Assembly (NCBI RefSeq): GCF_035655895.1
Contig: NZ_DASRTN010000008.1
Coordinates: 333,536 to 397,535 of the forward strand
Direction: 5' to 3'
From: Ramlibacter sp.
GTDB lineage: Bacteria; Pseudomonadota; Gammaproteobacteria; Burkholderiales; Burkholderiaceae_C
DNA: 64,000 nt
Shown: positions 26,181-36,650 of the stretch, piece after piece
Layout of the letters: every line of letters starts with the position of its first letter
Position numbering within the stretch: position 1 is the first letter of the stretch
Notes under the pieces: model-generated
Told to the model about the DNA's origin: nothing
Databases searched by the model: none
What the model saw: the letters and a program-made list of their open reading frames with translations, nothing else
Position numbers and translations under genes: made by a program

Positions 26181-29100
26181 TCACTTGCGGATCACGAAGA
26201 GCTGCTGCTCGACGCCACCGGGCAGGCGCACGCCGCCGTTGACGATGTGCACGCGGCTGTTGCGGCTGGCGGGAACGCGCACCTCGGCGCTGGCGCCGGG
26301 CATGCGGTCGGAGCCGGCGACGGTGCCTTCGGACGCGGACCCCTGCGACGCCGTGCCCGACGAAGCGGACGAGGTCGCGGAACCGGTCGAAGCCGAGGCA
26401 GGCGACGAGGACGTGGAGGACGGGGAGGCACCGGCACCCTCCTGGCCGGCGCCGAGCATCTCGCGTGCCTGGCTCAGGCTCACAGCGGTGTTGGGCGTGT
26501 CGCCGTCCAGCGTCGGCGTGACGAGCAGGTCGCCGGCGGCGCCGGGCAGCTGCGGGGCGCCGTGGGGCAGGGACACCACCTGGCCGGGCACCGGGCCGGC
26601 GGTGCGGACCGGCTCGGGCGCGGCGGGCAGGGCGGCCGGGAGGCTGACGGTGATGGTCTGCGCCACCACGTTCTCGATCACCGGCGACACCGGCACCGGG
26701 ACCGGGACGGGCGGCTGGGCGACCACCACCGGAGCCGGCGGCGTGCCCGGCACGGTGACCACGGTCGGCGCCACGATCTCGGTGCCGCCGCCGGCGACGA
26801 CCTGGTCGACCAGCGTGCCGATCGCCGACAGCGGGGCGGCGCCGTAGTACCAGGTGACCTGCCGGGTGGCCCCGGCCGCCATCGAGCCGTAGTTCATGAA
26901 GATGCCGTAGGAGCCGTCCTGGACCGGGGTGACGACCTGCGACACGCGCGGGTCCTTGTTCACCACGTTGCCGAAGCTGCAGCAGCGGTCGGTCACCGTG
27001 TCGGCATCGATGTTGGTCGAGTGGAACAGCACCGCCGAGCCGGGCGTGCCGGCGGTCGACGGGTTGAACTCCGAGATGATGATCGAGCGCGCCTGCTGCG
27101 ACGCCGTGGTGATCGCCTCGAAGCCGTTGGCGGTGATGTTGCCCTTGGTCTTGACGTTGGCGTCGCTGATGGCGACGTAGTCGTCGCGGGTGCCGACCCA
27201 CATCCGCACGTTGTCGGCCGCGGCCGCGCCGGTGTTGATGGTGCGGGTGACCGCCTTGACGAAGCGGTCGCCGGCGGCCAGCGAGTAGTCGTGCGTCATG
27301 CGCAGCGTCTCGCCCGTCACCGGCGCGGTGACGTCGTACGCCACCCGGACCACGCCCACGCCGTTGCCCAGTCCGGAGGCATCGACCGACAGGCCCGATA
27401 TCGCGGGCGCCAGGCTGGTGTTGCCACGGTCGGTGGACAGGACCGTGCCGGCGTTGTTCCAGCCGCTGGTGGATGAGCCGCCCACGCCGACGGCCATGTC
27501 CATGTCGTAGTTCCAGTAGGTCAGCTTCATCCACTGGGCCAGGGTGGGATCGAAGTAGAACGGCTGGCGCAGGTTGCCGGCCGCGTTGACCGAGTCGGTC
27601 AGGCCGTTGCCGATCGCCAGCAGACCGTTGTCGATCGTGTTCGTGGTGACCTGGGTGAGGGCCGTGTCGCTGTAGACCTGCAGCTTGTAGCCGCCACCGG
27701 CCAGGCCGAAGTGCGAGCCGTCGACGTTCAGGCCATCGGCCGCCTGCGCCACGTCGTACAGGCTGGCCTGGTGCGCGTCGCGGTAGGCCGCCACGGTGGT
27801 GGTGGCCGGATCGACATTGGCCAGGTCGGACTGCGTCGCGTTCTGCTTGACCAGGATGCGCAGGTCGGCCCGGCCGGCAAAGGCGACCGAGCTGTCCTCG
27901 ACGGTGACCGCGTCGCCGGCGCGCAGCGTCAGCGCGTTCGGGCCGGCGGCGTTCGTCAGGCGGATCGCTGCGCTGTTGATGTTCAGCGAGTCGGCGGCCT
28001 CGATCGTCATCGTGTTGCCCGCGTTCACGCTGGTCTGGCTCGCGGGCGTGATGTAGGCGCTGCCCGCCGGCGGCCGGTAGGCACCGCTCAGGTTGACCTG
28101 GCCCGTCGCCCGCACGGCCACGGCATCGGTCGCGGTCCACTGGATGCCGGGGTTGTTGCCGAAGGACAGGTTCGCGACGTCGGCCGTGATCCGGGCCGCA
28201 TCCACATGGGTGTTGGCGCCGACGTCGACGTCCTTGCCGAACAGGTCGACGCGGCCGCCGTTCGCGGCCAGCGCGACGCCGGTGCCCAGCGTGATGTCGA
28301 CCAGCCGGTCGTTGGACGGCACGCCGGCGGCGAGTGCGCCGCCCAGCACCAGGTTGCCGCCGTTGGTGGCGACCGCCGCGTCGGCGGCCAGCGTGATCGA
28401 GGCCGCATTGCCGCCGCCGTTGTTGGCGGACAGCAGGACGTCGAGCTTGCCGGCCGTCGAGCCGATGGACACGCCGGCGTCGAGCACGATGCTGTTGTGC
28501 GCCTTGAGCGTGAGGGAGGTGTCGCCGCCGGCAGTCTTGGCGATGCTCTCGCGCACCAGGATGTCGCCGTTGCCGGCGGTGCCGGCACCGCAGCCGGCCA
28601 CGCCGGTGCAGGAGGCGCCGCCCACGGCGGTCTCGATGGTCACGTTGCCGTTGGCCAGCGCGGCGCCGAGCGCGGCGCCGCTGATGTCGCCGCCGGCGCC
28701 GATGACGAAGTCCTCGGGGTCGATCAGCCACTGGCCGTGCGTGCCGGCGGCGGCGCGGGTGGTGACCGTCGCGTCGGCGGCGATGCCGACGCGGGCGGCG
28801 CTGGTCTCGACGAAGCCGCCGTGGCCGCCCTGCGGTGCGCTGGCGTCCAGGCGTCCGCCCACCTGGATGGCGTCGGATTGCAGTCCGCCGAGCAGGTAGA
28901 TGCGGCCTTCCTTGTCGGCGACGGTCTGCGCGCGGATCTCGCCGGTGTTGTTCACCACGGTCGACATCACGTCGTCGAGGCCGCGCGCCGTCAGCACCAC
29001 CAGGCCGCCGTCGGCCAGGATGGCCTGCTTGTTCGCGACCATCGCGTCGAGCACGCCACGGTCGACCGTCACGCCCACCAGGGACGAGCCGTTGAAGTTC

Positions 29101-29786
29101 AGGCTCACCTTGTCGCCGGCGGCCAGCACGGCGGCGCCCAGGCGGGCGGTGATCACGCCTTCGTTCACCACCTGGCTGCCCAGCAGCGCGACGTGGCCGG
29201 CATCGGCGGCGCGCAGCTGGCCCAGGTTGATCACGCCGGCCCGGCTGCCGTTGGCGCTGAACTGGCTGCGGCCGGCCATGAAGTCGGCGTCGCTGATGTC
29301 GAGGGTGCTGGCCACCAGGCCGGCGGCGTCGACCTGCGCCGTGCGGCCGAACAGGATGCCATTGGCGTTGAGCAGCCAGACCTGGCCGTTGGCACGCAGC
29401 GCGCCGTCGATCACGGAGCGCTCGGTGCCGACCACCCGGTTGAGGATGACCGCGGCGGCGTCGGGCTGGGCGAAGGTCACCGAGGCGCCGCTGCCGATGC
29501 TGAAAGACTGCCAGTTGATGGCGGCGCGCTGCGAGCCCTGGGTGACCGTCAGGGCGTTGCCCTGGGCCTGGATGCTGGCCTGGCCGGCGGTGACCGTGCC
29601 GCCGGTGGGCAGCACGCCCGGTGCCTGCTGGGCGGCCGCGGCGATCGCCGTCAGCGCGAAGGCCGCCACGGCGGCCCGGGCGGCGGTGGTGGCGCTGCTG
29701 GACCTGCCGCGGCCGGGAGCGGCTTCGGAGACGGCGACGTGTGCACCCAGGCGGGCGTTCCAGAGGGTCTTGTGGATGCGGTTCAT
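26181..29786 (-). CDS. TpsA filamentous haemagglutinin-family exoprotein/adhesin
   Basis: Extended signal peptide MNRIHKTLWNARLGAHVAVSE; secretion domain (INWQSFSIG, ILNRVVG, ANGQVWLLNANG); GGFVETSA, QWLIDPEDF; Pro- and Ser-rich C-terminal linkers. Confidence 0.92.
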   Translation of the reverse strand: MNRIHKTLWNARLGAHVAVSEAAPGRGRSSSATTAARAAVAAFALTAIAAAAQQAPGVLPTGGTVTAGQASIQAQGNALTVTQGSQRAAINWQSFSIGSGASVTFAQPDAAAVILNRVVGTERSVIDGALRANGQVWLLNANGILFGRTAQVDAAGLVASTLDISDADFMAGRSQFSANGSRAGVINLGQLRAADAGHVALLGSQVVNEGVITARLGAAVLAAGDKVSLNFNGSSLVGVTVDRGVLDAMVANKQAILADGGLVVLTARGLDDVMSTVVNNTGEIRAQTVADKEGRIYLLGGLQSDAIQVGGRLDASAPQGGHGGFVETSAARVGIAADATVTTRAAAGTHGQWLIDPEDFVIGAGGDISGAALGAALANGNVTIETAVGGASCTGVAGCGAGTAGNGDILVRESIAKTAGGDTSLTLKAHNSIVLDAGVSIGSTAGKLDVLLSANNGGGNAASITLAADAAVATNGGNLVLGGALAAGVPSNDRLVDITLGTGVALAANGGRVDLFGKDVDVGANTHVDAARITADVANLSFGNNPGIQWTATDAVAVRATGQVNLSGAYRPPAGSAYITPASQTSVNAGNTMTIEAADSLNINSAAIRLTNAAGPNALTLRAGDAVTVEDSSVAFAGRADLRILVKQNATQSDLANVDPATTTVAAYRDAHQASLYDVAQAADGLNVDGSHFGLAGGGYKLQVYSDTALTQVTTNTIDNGLLAIGNGLTDSVNAAGNLRQPFYFDPTLAQWMKLTYWNYDMDMAVGVGGSSTSGWNNAGTVLSTDRGNTSLAPAISGLSVDASGLGNGVGVVRVAYDVTAPVTGETLRMTHDYSLAAGDRFVKAVTRTINTGAAAADNVRMWVGTRDDYVAISDANVKTKGNITANGFEAITTASQQARSIIISEFNPSTAGTPGSAVLFHSTNIDADTVTDRCCSFGNVVNKDPRVSQVVTPVQDGSYGIFMNYGSMAAGATRQVTWYYGAAPLSAIGTLVDQVVAGGGTEIVAPTVVTVPGTPPAPVVVAQPPVPVPVPVSPVIENVVAQTITVSLPAALPAAPEPVRTAGPVPGQVVSLPHGAPQLPGAAGDLLVTPTLDGDTPNTAVSLSQAREMLGAGQEGAGASPSSTSSSPASASTGSATSSASSGTASQGSASEGTVAGSDRMPGASAEVRVPASRNSRVHIVNGGVRLPGGVEQQLFVIRK

Positions 29787-29964
29787 GGCAAGGCGATGGC
29801 GGGCGCAGGCGCCCGGAGAGGAGAAGCACCAAGTGTCACGAGATGCAACTCATCCGGATGCCAGGAAAAGCTGGCGCGCCCTCGGGCATTTCCTCCTCAA
29901 GTTCCGGCCGGTGCTGCCGGGGGCTGGAGGCGCGTCGCGACGCCGCGACGGCCGTCGCGAACGG

Positions 29965-29978
29965 TTGATCCGGATCAA
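29965..29978. promoter_or_regulatory. FNR/Anr/Dnr-type binding box
   Basis: TTGAT-CCGG-ATCAA, a perfect TTGAT-N4-ATCAA consensus, about 180 bp upstream of tpsA. Confidence 0.65.
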
Positions 29979-30102
29979 TGCCGGCTGCGCCCGGCCATGG
30001 TTGCGAAAGCAGGCGTTTCGCGCCTGCCGACCCGCCATGACAAAGCCGCCGGTGGTGCCGGCGGCTTCGAGGGGGGAGACGGGCGGCCGGTGCCGCCCGG
30101 GA

Positions 30103-31122
30103 TCAGCCCTGGGGCGGGGCCGACTCGCGGTGGTAGGCCGTGACGCGCTCGACCTCGTTGCGCGACCCGAGGATCACGCTCACGCGCTCGTGCAGCTTGG
30201 TCGGCTGGATGTCCAGGATGCGCTCGCGTCCGTTGGTGGCCGCGCCGCCCGCCTGCTCGACCAGCCAGCCCATCGGGTTGGCCTCGTACAGGAGGCGCAG
30301 CTTGCCCGGCTTGTCCGGATCGCGCTTGTCCCAGGGGTACAGGAACACGCCGCCGCGGGTGAGGATGCGGTGCACGTCCGCCACCATGGACGCGATCCAG
30401 CGCATGTTGAAGTCCTTGCCGCGCGGACCTTCCTTGCCGGCCAGGCACTCGTCGATGTAGCGCTTCACCGGCGTGTCCCAGTGGCGCATGTTCGACATGT
30501 TGATGGCGAACTCCTTGGTGTCCTCGGGAATGCGCACGTTCTCCTGCGTGAGCACGAAGGAGCCCTGCTCGCGATCGAGGGTGAACATCGCGACGCCGTC
30601 GCCGACGGTCAGCACCAGCGTGGTCTGCGGTCCGTAGACGCAGTAGCCGGCCGCCACCTGCTTGGCACCGGCCTGCAGGAAGTCCTGCTCGCTCACGCCG
30701 GGGGTGCCCTCGGGCTTGCGCAGCACGCTGAAGATGGTGCCGATGCTCACGTTGACGTCGATGTTCGAGGAGCCGTCCAGCGGGTCGAACAGCAGCAGGT
30801 ACTCGCCCTGCGGGTAGCGGTTGGGCACCACGTAGATGCCGTCCATCTCCTCGCTGGCCATCGCGGCGAGGTGGCCGCCCCACTCGTTGGCTTCGATCAG
30901 CACCTCGTTGGCGATGATGTCCAGCTTCTTCTGGACCTCGCCCTGCACGTTCTCGCTCTCGGCCGACCCGAGCACGCCGCCCAGGGCGCCCTTGTTCACG
31001 GCGTGGCTGATGCTCTTGCAGGCGCGCGCGACCACCTCGATCAGCAGCCGCAGCTGCGACGGGATGTGGCCTTCGTTGCGCTGCTGCTCGACGAGGTAGC
31101 GGGTGAGGGATATGCGACTCAT
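30103..31122 (-). CDS. fbp: fructose-1,6-bisphosphatase class 1
   Basis: [45 protein letters not shown]. Confidence 0.97.
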   Translation of the reverse strand: MSRISLTRYLVEQQRNEGHIPSQLRLLIEVVARACKSISHAVNKGALGGVLGSAESENVQGEVQKKLDIIANEVLIEANEWGGHLAAMASEEMDGIYVVPNRYPQGEYLLLFDPLDGSSNIDVNVSIGTIFSVLRKPEGTPGVSEQDFLQAGAKQVAAGYCVYGPQTTLVLTVGDGVAMFTLDREQGSFVLTQENVRIPEDTKEFAINMSNMRHWDTPVKRYIDECLAGKEGPRGKDFNMRWIASMVADVHRILTRGGVFLYPWDKRDPDKPGKLRLLYEANPMGWLVEQAGGAATNGRERILDIQPTKLHERVSVILGSRNEVERVTAYHRESAPPQG

Positions 31123-31134
31123 GGGACTCCTGCT

Positions 31135-33780
31135 TCAGTCGGCCAGCGCGCGGGTGACGACCTCGCGCACGTCGTTGGAAAGATCGGGCTTGGCCGCCAC
31201 GCGCGCGATCGCCTCGCGGGCGGCGCTGCGCATGGGCTCGGCCAGCTTGCGCCAGCGGTCCAGGGCGCGGGCCAGCCGCGCCGCCACCTGCGGGTTCAGG
31301 CCATCCAGCTCCATCACCCGCTCGCTCCAGAACACGTAGCCGGCGGCATCGGGCCGGTGGAAGGCACCGGGGTTCGCGCTGCAGTAGCTGAAGATCAGGC
31401 TGCGCGCGCGGTTCGGGTTGCGGATGTTGAAGTCGGGGTGCTGCATCAGCTGCCGCACCATCGGCAGGATGTTGCCGCCGCGGTCCGGGGCGGCCGCCTG
31501 GAGCGCGAACCACTTGTCCAGCACCAGCGCCTCGTCCTTGAACATCGCATGGAAGCGCTGAAGGGCAGGGCGGGCCAGTTCCTGGCCGCTGACGACCAGG
31601 GCCGACAGCGCATTGAAGCGGTCGGTCATGTTCGAGGCGTCCTTGAAGCGCTGGTAGGCCTTGCCGGGCCACACCGTGTCGCCCGAGCGGCGCGCCGCGA
31701 TGCACAGGTGCGTGAGCGCCAGCCCGGCCAGCGCGCGGCGGCCCGAGGAGACCGGATCGGGGCTGTAGGCGCCGGTGGCCTGGTGGTGCTCCCAGGCCCA
31801 GGCCCAGTCGTCCACCAGCGCGCTGGCCAGCTGCTCGCGCATCGCTTCGCGCACCGCGTGCACCCGTTGCGGATCCACCTCGTCCAGCTGCTCGGCGATG
31901 TACGCCTCGGCGGGCAGCGTGAGCACCAGCTCCTTGAAGGCGGCGTCCAGCGTCGGGTGGCGCAGGATGCTGCGCATCGCCTGCAGGTACGGTTCGTCCA
32001 ACGCGGCCGGCGCGCCGCCGCCGCGGATGGCCGCCAGCGCGCGACGCACGGCCAGCCGCTGCGCCGCCTCCCAGCGGTTGAAGGGGTCGGTGTCGTGCTC
32101 CAGCAGCGCGAGCAGCTGCTCGTCGGTGTACTCGTGCTCCAGGATCACCGGCGCGGAGAAGCCGCGCAGCAGCGAGGGCACGGGCTGCGAGGCCAGGCCG
32201 GTCACGGTGAAGGATTCGCTCGCCTGCGTGAGCACGTGCATGCCGTTCGCGACCTCGCGCCCGTCGGCCACGATCAGGCCCCAGGCGATCGGGATCACGA
32301 ACGGTTCCTTGGCGGGCTGGCCGGGCGTCGGCGGGCAGCTCTGGGCCAGCGTGAGCTCGTAGCTGCCGGCAGCGGCGTCCCAGCGGCCGGTGGCCTGCAC
32401 GCGCGGCGTGCCGGCCTGGCTGTACCAGCGCTTGAACTGCGGCAGCAGCTCGGCCAGCCGCGAGCCGGGATTGGCGTCGGCGATCGCCTGCGCGAAGTCG
32501 TCGCAGGTCACGGCCTGGCCGTCGTGGCGCTGGAAATACAGCGTCATGCCGCGCGCGAAGCCGTCGCGGCCGACCAGCGTCTGCATCATGCGCACCAGCT
32601 CGGCGCCCTTCTCGTACACGGTGACCGTGTAGAAGTTGTTGATCTCCAGGTACTGGTCGGGGCGCACCGGGTGCGCCATCGGGCCGGCGTCCTCGGGGAA
32701 CTGCGCGGTGCGCAGCACGCGCACGTCCTCGATGCGCTTGACGGCCCGGGCCGAGGCCTCGCCGGCCAGGTCCTGGCTGAATTCCTGGTCGCGGAAGACG
32801 GTCAGGCCTTCCTTGAGCGACAGCTGGAACCAGTCGCGGCAGGTGACGCGGTTGCCGGTCCAGTTGTGGAAGTACTCGTGGCCGACCACCGACTCGATGT
32901 TGCCGAAGTCGGTGTCGGTCGCGGTCGCCTGGCTGGCCAGGACGTACTTCGTGTTGAAGATGTTCAGGCCCTTGTTCTCCATCGCGCCCATGTTGAAGTC
33001 GCTGGTGGCGACGATCATGAAGCGCTCGAGATCCAGCGGCAGCCCGAAGCGGGCCTCGTCCCAGGCGACCGAGGCGATCAGCGAGTTCATCGCATGCTCG
33101 GTCTTGTCGAGATCGCCCGGGCGGACGTACACCTGCAGCAGGTGCGGCTGGCCGCTGCGCGAGGTGATGCGCTGCTCGCGGCAGACCAGCTGGCCGGCCA
33201 CCAGCGCGAACAGGTAGCAGGGCTTGCGGTGCGGGTCGACCCACCTGGCGAAATGGCGGCCCTCGGGCAGGTCGCCCTGTTCGACCAGGTTGCCGTTGGA
33301 CAGCAGCACCGGGTAGCGCGCCTTGTCGGCGCGCAACGTGACGGTGTAGCTGGCCATCACGTCCGGCCGGTCCAGGAAGTAGGTGATGCGCCGGAAGCCC
33401 TCGGCCTCGCACTGCGTGAAGAACGAGTCGTTGCTCACGTACAGGCCCATCAGCTTGCTGTTCTTGGCCGGTGCGCAGGTGGTGAAGATCTCCAGGTCGA
33501 ACGGCTGCTCGCCCTCCGGCAGGTTCTCCAGCACCAGGCGGTCGCCTTCCATGCGGAACGAGGTGCCCTGGCCGTTGACCAGCACGCGGGCGAGGTTGAG
33601 CTCGTCGCCGTCGAGCTTGAGCGCCTGCGCCGGCACGGCCGGATTGCGCCGCACGCGCATCTTGTTGAGCACGCGCGTCTTGACCGGGTCGAGGTCGAAA
33701 CACAGGTCGACCGTGTCGATCCAGTAGGCGGGTGCCTGGTAGTCGGCGCGGTAGATGACCGCGGATTGTCCTTCTCTCAT
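31135..33780 (-). CDS. pepN: aminopeptidase N (M1 family)
   Basis: GAMENKGLN, HEYFHNWTGNRVT (HEXXH), LKEGLTVFRDQ, YEKGAE. Confidence 0.97.
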   Translation of the reverse strand: MREGQSAVIYRADYQAPAYWIDTVDLCFDLDPVKTRVLNKMRVRRNPAVPAQALKLDGDELNLARVLVNGQGTSFRMEGDRLVLENLPEGEQPFDLEIFTTCAPAKNSKLMGLYVSNDSFFTQCEAEGFRRITYFLDRPDVMASYTVTLRADKARYPVLLSNGNLVEQGDLPEGRHFARWVDPHRKPCYLFALVAGQLVCREQRITSRSGQPHLLQVYVRPGDLDKTEHAMNSLIASVAWDEARFGLPLDLERFMIVATSDFNMGAMENKGLNIFNTKYVLASQATATDTDFGNIESVVGHEYFHNWTGNRVTCRDWFQLSLKEGLTVFRDQEFSQDLAGEASARAVKRIEDVRVLRTAQFPEDAGPMAHPVRPDQYLEINNFYTVTVYEKGAELVRMMQTLVGRDGFARGMTLYFQRHDGQAVTCDDFAQAIADANPGSRLAELLPQFKRWYSQAGTPRVQATGRWDAAAGSYELTLAQSCPPTPGQPAKEPFVIPIAWGLIVADGREVANGMHVLTQASESFTVTGLASQPVPSLLRGFSAPVILEHEYTDEQLLALLEHDTDPFNRWEAAQRLAVRRALAAIRGGGAPAALDEPYLQAMRSILRHPTLDAAFKELVLTLPAEAYIAEQLDEVDPQRVHAVREAMREQLASALVDDWAWAWEHHQATGAYSPDPVSSGRRALAGLALTHLCIAARRSGDTVWPGKAYQRFKDASNMTDRFNALSALVVSGQELARPALQRFHAMFKDEALVLDKWFALQAAAPDRGGNILPMVRQLMQHPDFNIRNPNRARSLIFSYCSANPGAFHRPDAAGYVFWSERVMELDGLNPQVAARLARALDRWRKLAEPMRSAAREAIARVAAKPDLSNDVREVVTRALAD

Positions 33781-33789
33781 CTGTCGTCC

Positions 33790-34894
33790 TTAGACGCCCT
33801 GCTTGAGCGAGGCTTGGATGAAGGGATCGAGATCGCCGTCCAGCACCTTCTGGGTGTTGGAGATCTCGACGTTGGTGCGCAGATCCTTGATGCGGCTCTG
33901 GTCCAGCACGTAGCTGCGGATCTGGTGGCCCCAACCGACGTCGGTCTTGGTGTCCTCCAGCTTCTGCTGCTCTTCCATGCGCTTGCGCATCTCGTGGTCG
34001 TACAGCCGCGAGCGCAGGCGCTGCCAGGCGACGTCGCGGTTGCTGTGCTGGCTGCGGCTGTCCTGGCACTGCACGACGATGCCGGTGGGCACGTGCGTCA
34101 GGCGCACGGCGGAGTCGGTCTTGTTGATGTGCTGTCCGCCGGCGCCGGAGGCCCGGAAGGTGTCGACCCGCACGTCGGCCGGGTTGATGTTGATCTCCAC
34201 GGAGTCGTCGACCTCGGGGTAGACGAACACGCTGGCAAAGCTGGTGTGGCGGCCGCCCGCGGAGTCGAAGGGCGACTTGCGCACCAGGCGGTGCACGCCG
34301 GTCTCGGTGCGCAGCAGGCCGTAGGCGTAGTCGCCCTCGACCTTGATGGTGGCGCTCTTGATGCCCGCCACGTCGCCCGGCGTCTCGTCCTCCACCGAAT
34401 ACTTGAAGCCCTTGCGCTCGGCGTACTTCAGGTACTGGCGCAGCAGCATGCCGGCCCAGTCGCAGGCCTCGGTGCCGCCGGCGCCGGCCTGGATGTCCAG
34501 GAAGGCATTCATCGGATCGGCCGGCTTGTCGAACATGCGGCGGAACTCGAGGTCCTCGACCAGCCCGGTCAGCTTGGCGGTCTCGCCCTCGATGGTGGCC
34601 AGCCCGGCTTCATCGCCATCCTCCTTGCTCATCTCGTAGAGCTCGAGGTTGTCGGCCAGTTCGCGGTCGAGCTCCTGCAGCGTCAGCACCACGCCGTCGA
34701 GCTCCTTCTTCTCCTTGCCCAGCTGCTGGGCCTTCTTCGGATCGTTCCAGACCGCCGGATCTTCCAGCGCGGCGTTGACGGTCCTCAGGCGCTCCGATTT
34801 GGCATCGAAGTCAAAGATACCTCCGGAGATCCACGGTCCTCGCCTGGAGGTCCGTGAGGGTGGTGCCGATGAGGTTGATGCGTTCTGCGTCCAT
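33790..34894 (-). CDS. prfB: peptide chain release factor 2, with programmed +1 frameshift (34894-34814 joined to 34812-33790)
   Basis: N-terminus [10 protein letters not shown]...LRRYL, then CTT-TGA-C; the +1 frame continues DFDAKSERL; SPF and GGQ motifs present; about 367 aa total. Confidence 0.97.
34810..34824 (-). promoter_or_regulatory. prfB +1 frameshift site with internal SD
   Basis: Minus-strand GGAGGTAT-CTTTGAC. Confidence 0.93.
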
Positions 34895-34926
34895 GGTCGT
34901 CGTGCTTTCGTAAACGTTCGATTTTC

Positions 34927-36057
34927 TCACGCGCCCGCTGCCGGCAAGGGCAGTCGCATGGTGAACTCGGCGCCTTCGCCTGGGGCGCTGCGCAGATCCA
35001 GGCGGCCCCCGTGCGCCTCCATGATCTGCCGGCTGATGTACAGGCCCAGGCCGAGGCCGGGCACGTTGCGCGTGCTGGTGCCGCGCTCGAACTGCTGGAA
35101 GATGCGGTCCTGGTCCGCCGGTGCGATGCCGGGGCCGGCGTCCTGCACCGACAGGGCCGCTTCGCTGCCCTCGACCTGCAGCCGCACGGCCACCGGCTTG
35201 CCGGCGCCGTAGCGCAGCGCATTGGTGAGCAGGTTCAGGAGCACCTGCTCCAGCCGGAATTCGTCGGCCGTCACGGGCAGCGACCCGGGTGCGGCCAGCG
35301 TCAGCGGGGTGCCGGCCGCGCGGGCCTGCTCCTGCATCGACTCCACGCCCCGCCGCGCGATGGTCGCCAGGTCGGTGGGGCCGGGCTTCATCGCCAGCTG
35401 GCCGGTGCGGGCGCGCGACACGTCGATCATGTCGTCGAGCAGGCGGATCATGCTGCGGATCTGGTGCTCGTCGCGGGTCACCAGCTGCCGGAATCCCTCG
35501 GGATCGGGCACCTGGCCCTTGGCCGCCATGCGCAGCCGCAGCTGCGCCTGCAGGTACAGCGTGTTGAGGGGATTGCGCAGCTCGTGCGAGACCATCGAGA
35601 GGAAGTCGTCGCGCATGCGCACCGCGCGTTCCAGCTCGGACTGCATCTCCAGCAGGTGCTGGCGCTGGCGGAACAGGTCGACGAACACGTCGACCTTGTT
35701 GCGCACCGCGTGCGGGTCGAGCGGCTTGTGCAGGAAATCGACCGCACCCGATTCGTAGCCGCGGAACGCGTAGTTCAGCTCGCGCCCGGCGGCGCTGACG
35801 AACACGATCGGAATGCCGCGGGTGCGGTCGGTGCCACGCATCAGCTCGGCCAGCTCGAAGCCGTTCATCGAGGGCATCTGCACGTCGACGATGGCCAGGG
35901 CGAACGGGTGCTCGAGCATGAGCGACAGCGCCTCCTCGCCCGAGCGGGCGCAGAAGATGCGGCGGCCAGGCCCGCGCAGCAGCGCCTCCAGGGCGACCAG
36001 GTTCTCCTGCAGGTCGTCGACCAGCAGCACGTTGGCGTCGGGCAGGGCTTGGCTCAT
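34927..36057 (-). CDS. REC-histidine kinase (N-terminal receiver, HisKA, HATPase)
   Basis: VLLVDD...AIVDVQMP, SHELRNPL, NLLTNALRY, GLGLGLYIS. Confidence 0.93.
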   Translation of the reverse strand: MSQALPDANVLLVDDLQENLVALEALLRGPGRRIFCARSGEEALSLMLEHPFALAIVDVQMPSMNGFELAELMRGTDRTRGIPIVFVSAAGRELNYAFRGYESGAVDFLHKPLDPHAVRNKVDVFVDLFRQRQHLLEMQSELERAVRMRDDFLSMVSHELRNPLNTLYLQAQLRLRMAAKGQVPDPEGFRQLVTRDEHQIRSMIRLLDDMIDVSRARTGQLAMKPGPTDLATIARRGVESMQEQARAAGTPLTLAAPGSLPVTADEFRLEQVLLNLLTNALRYGAGKPVAVRLQVEGSEAALSVQDAGPGIAPADQDRIFQQFERGTSTRNVPGLGLGLYISRQIMEAHGGRLDLRSAPGEGAEFTMRLPLPAAGA

Positions 36058-36650
36058 GGGCAAAGGATGGATTGCAGCTGCTCGCGCAGCTGGGCCAGCG
36101 GCAGCACGTGGTCCGGGCCGGCTGCCTCGATCGCCGCCAGCGGCATGGCCGCGTGCGCGGCTTCGGCGGGGTCCTGCACCGCCGTCCAGCCGCCGTGCTG
36201 CCGGACGGCGGCCAACCCGGCGGCGCCGTCGTGGTTGGCGCCGGTCAGCACCACGCCGGCGAGCGCGGCGCCGTAGACGTCGGCGCAGGCTTCCAGCAGC
36301 ACGTCGATGGACGGCCGCGAGAACAGGACGGGGGGCTCGCAGCTGAGCGCGAACGTGCGGTCCGCCTCGACCAGCAGATGGTAGCCGGGCGGCGCGAAGT
36401 AAAGGCGCCCGGGCACCACCGGCGCGCCCGGGCGCGCTTCCTCCACGGTCACCCGGATGCGGTGCGCGAACACCTCGACCAGGCGGCTCTCGTGGTCGTC
36501 GGGCAGGTGCAGCACCACCAGAACCGGCACGCGCCAGGGACCCGGCAGGCCGACCAGCAGCTGCAGCAGCGCGTCGATGCCGCCAGCCGAGGCGCCGATC
36601 GCGACTGCCTCGATGGCGGCCCGGTGCATGGAAGCGGGCGTGCCGCTCAT
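36054..36650 (-). CDS. CheB-type methylesterase without REC domain
   Basis: IGASAGG (Ser), VLHLP (His), LTGANHDG (Asp) catalytic triad; FSRPSIDVL. Confidence 0.92.
   Translation of the reverse strand: MSGTPASMHRAAIEAVAIGASAGGIDALLQLLVGLPGPWRVPVLVVLHLPDDHESRLVEVFAHRIRVTVEEARPGAPVVPGRLYFAPPGYHLLVEADRTFALSCEPPVLFSRPSIDVLLEACADVYGAALAGVVLTGANHDGAAGLAAVRQHGGWTAVQDPAEAAHAAMPLAAIEAAGPDHVLPLAQLREQLQSILCP

Noticed and set aside
26181-29786. TpsA as a contact-dependent inhibition (CdiA) toxin
   Set aside because: Only 1201 aa, no VENN/pre-toxin motif seen, and tpsB follows directly with no immunity ORF.
34811-34813. In-frame stop in prfB as pseudogene or sequencing error
   Set aside because: It is the canonical CTT-TGA-C programmed frameshift with its SD.
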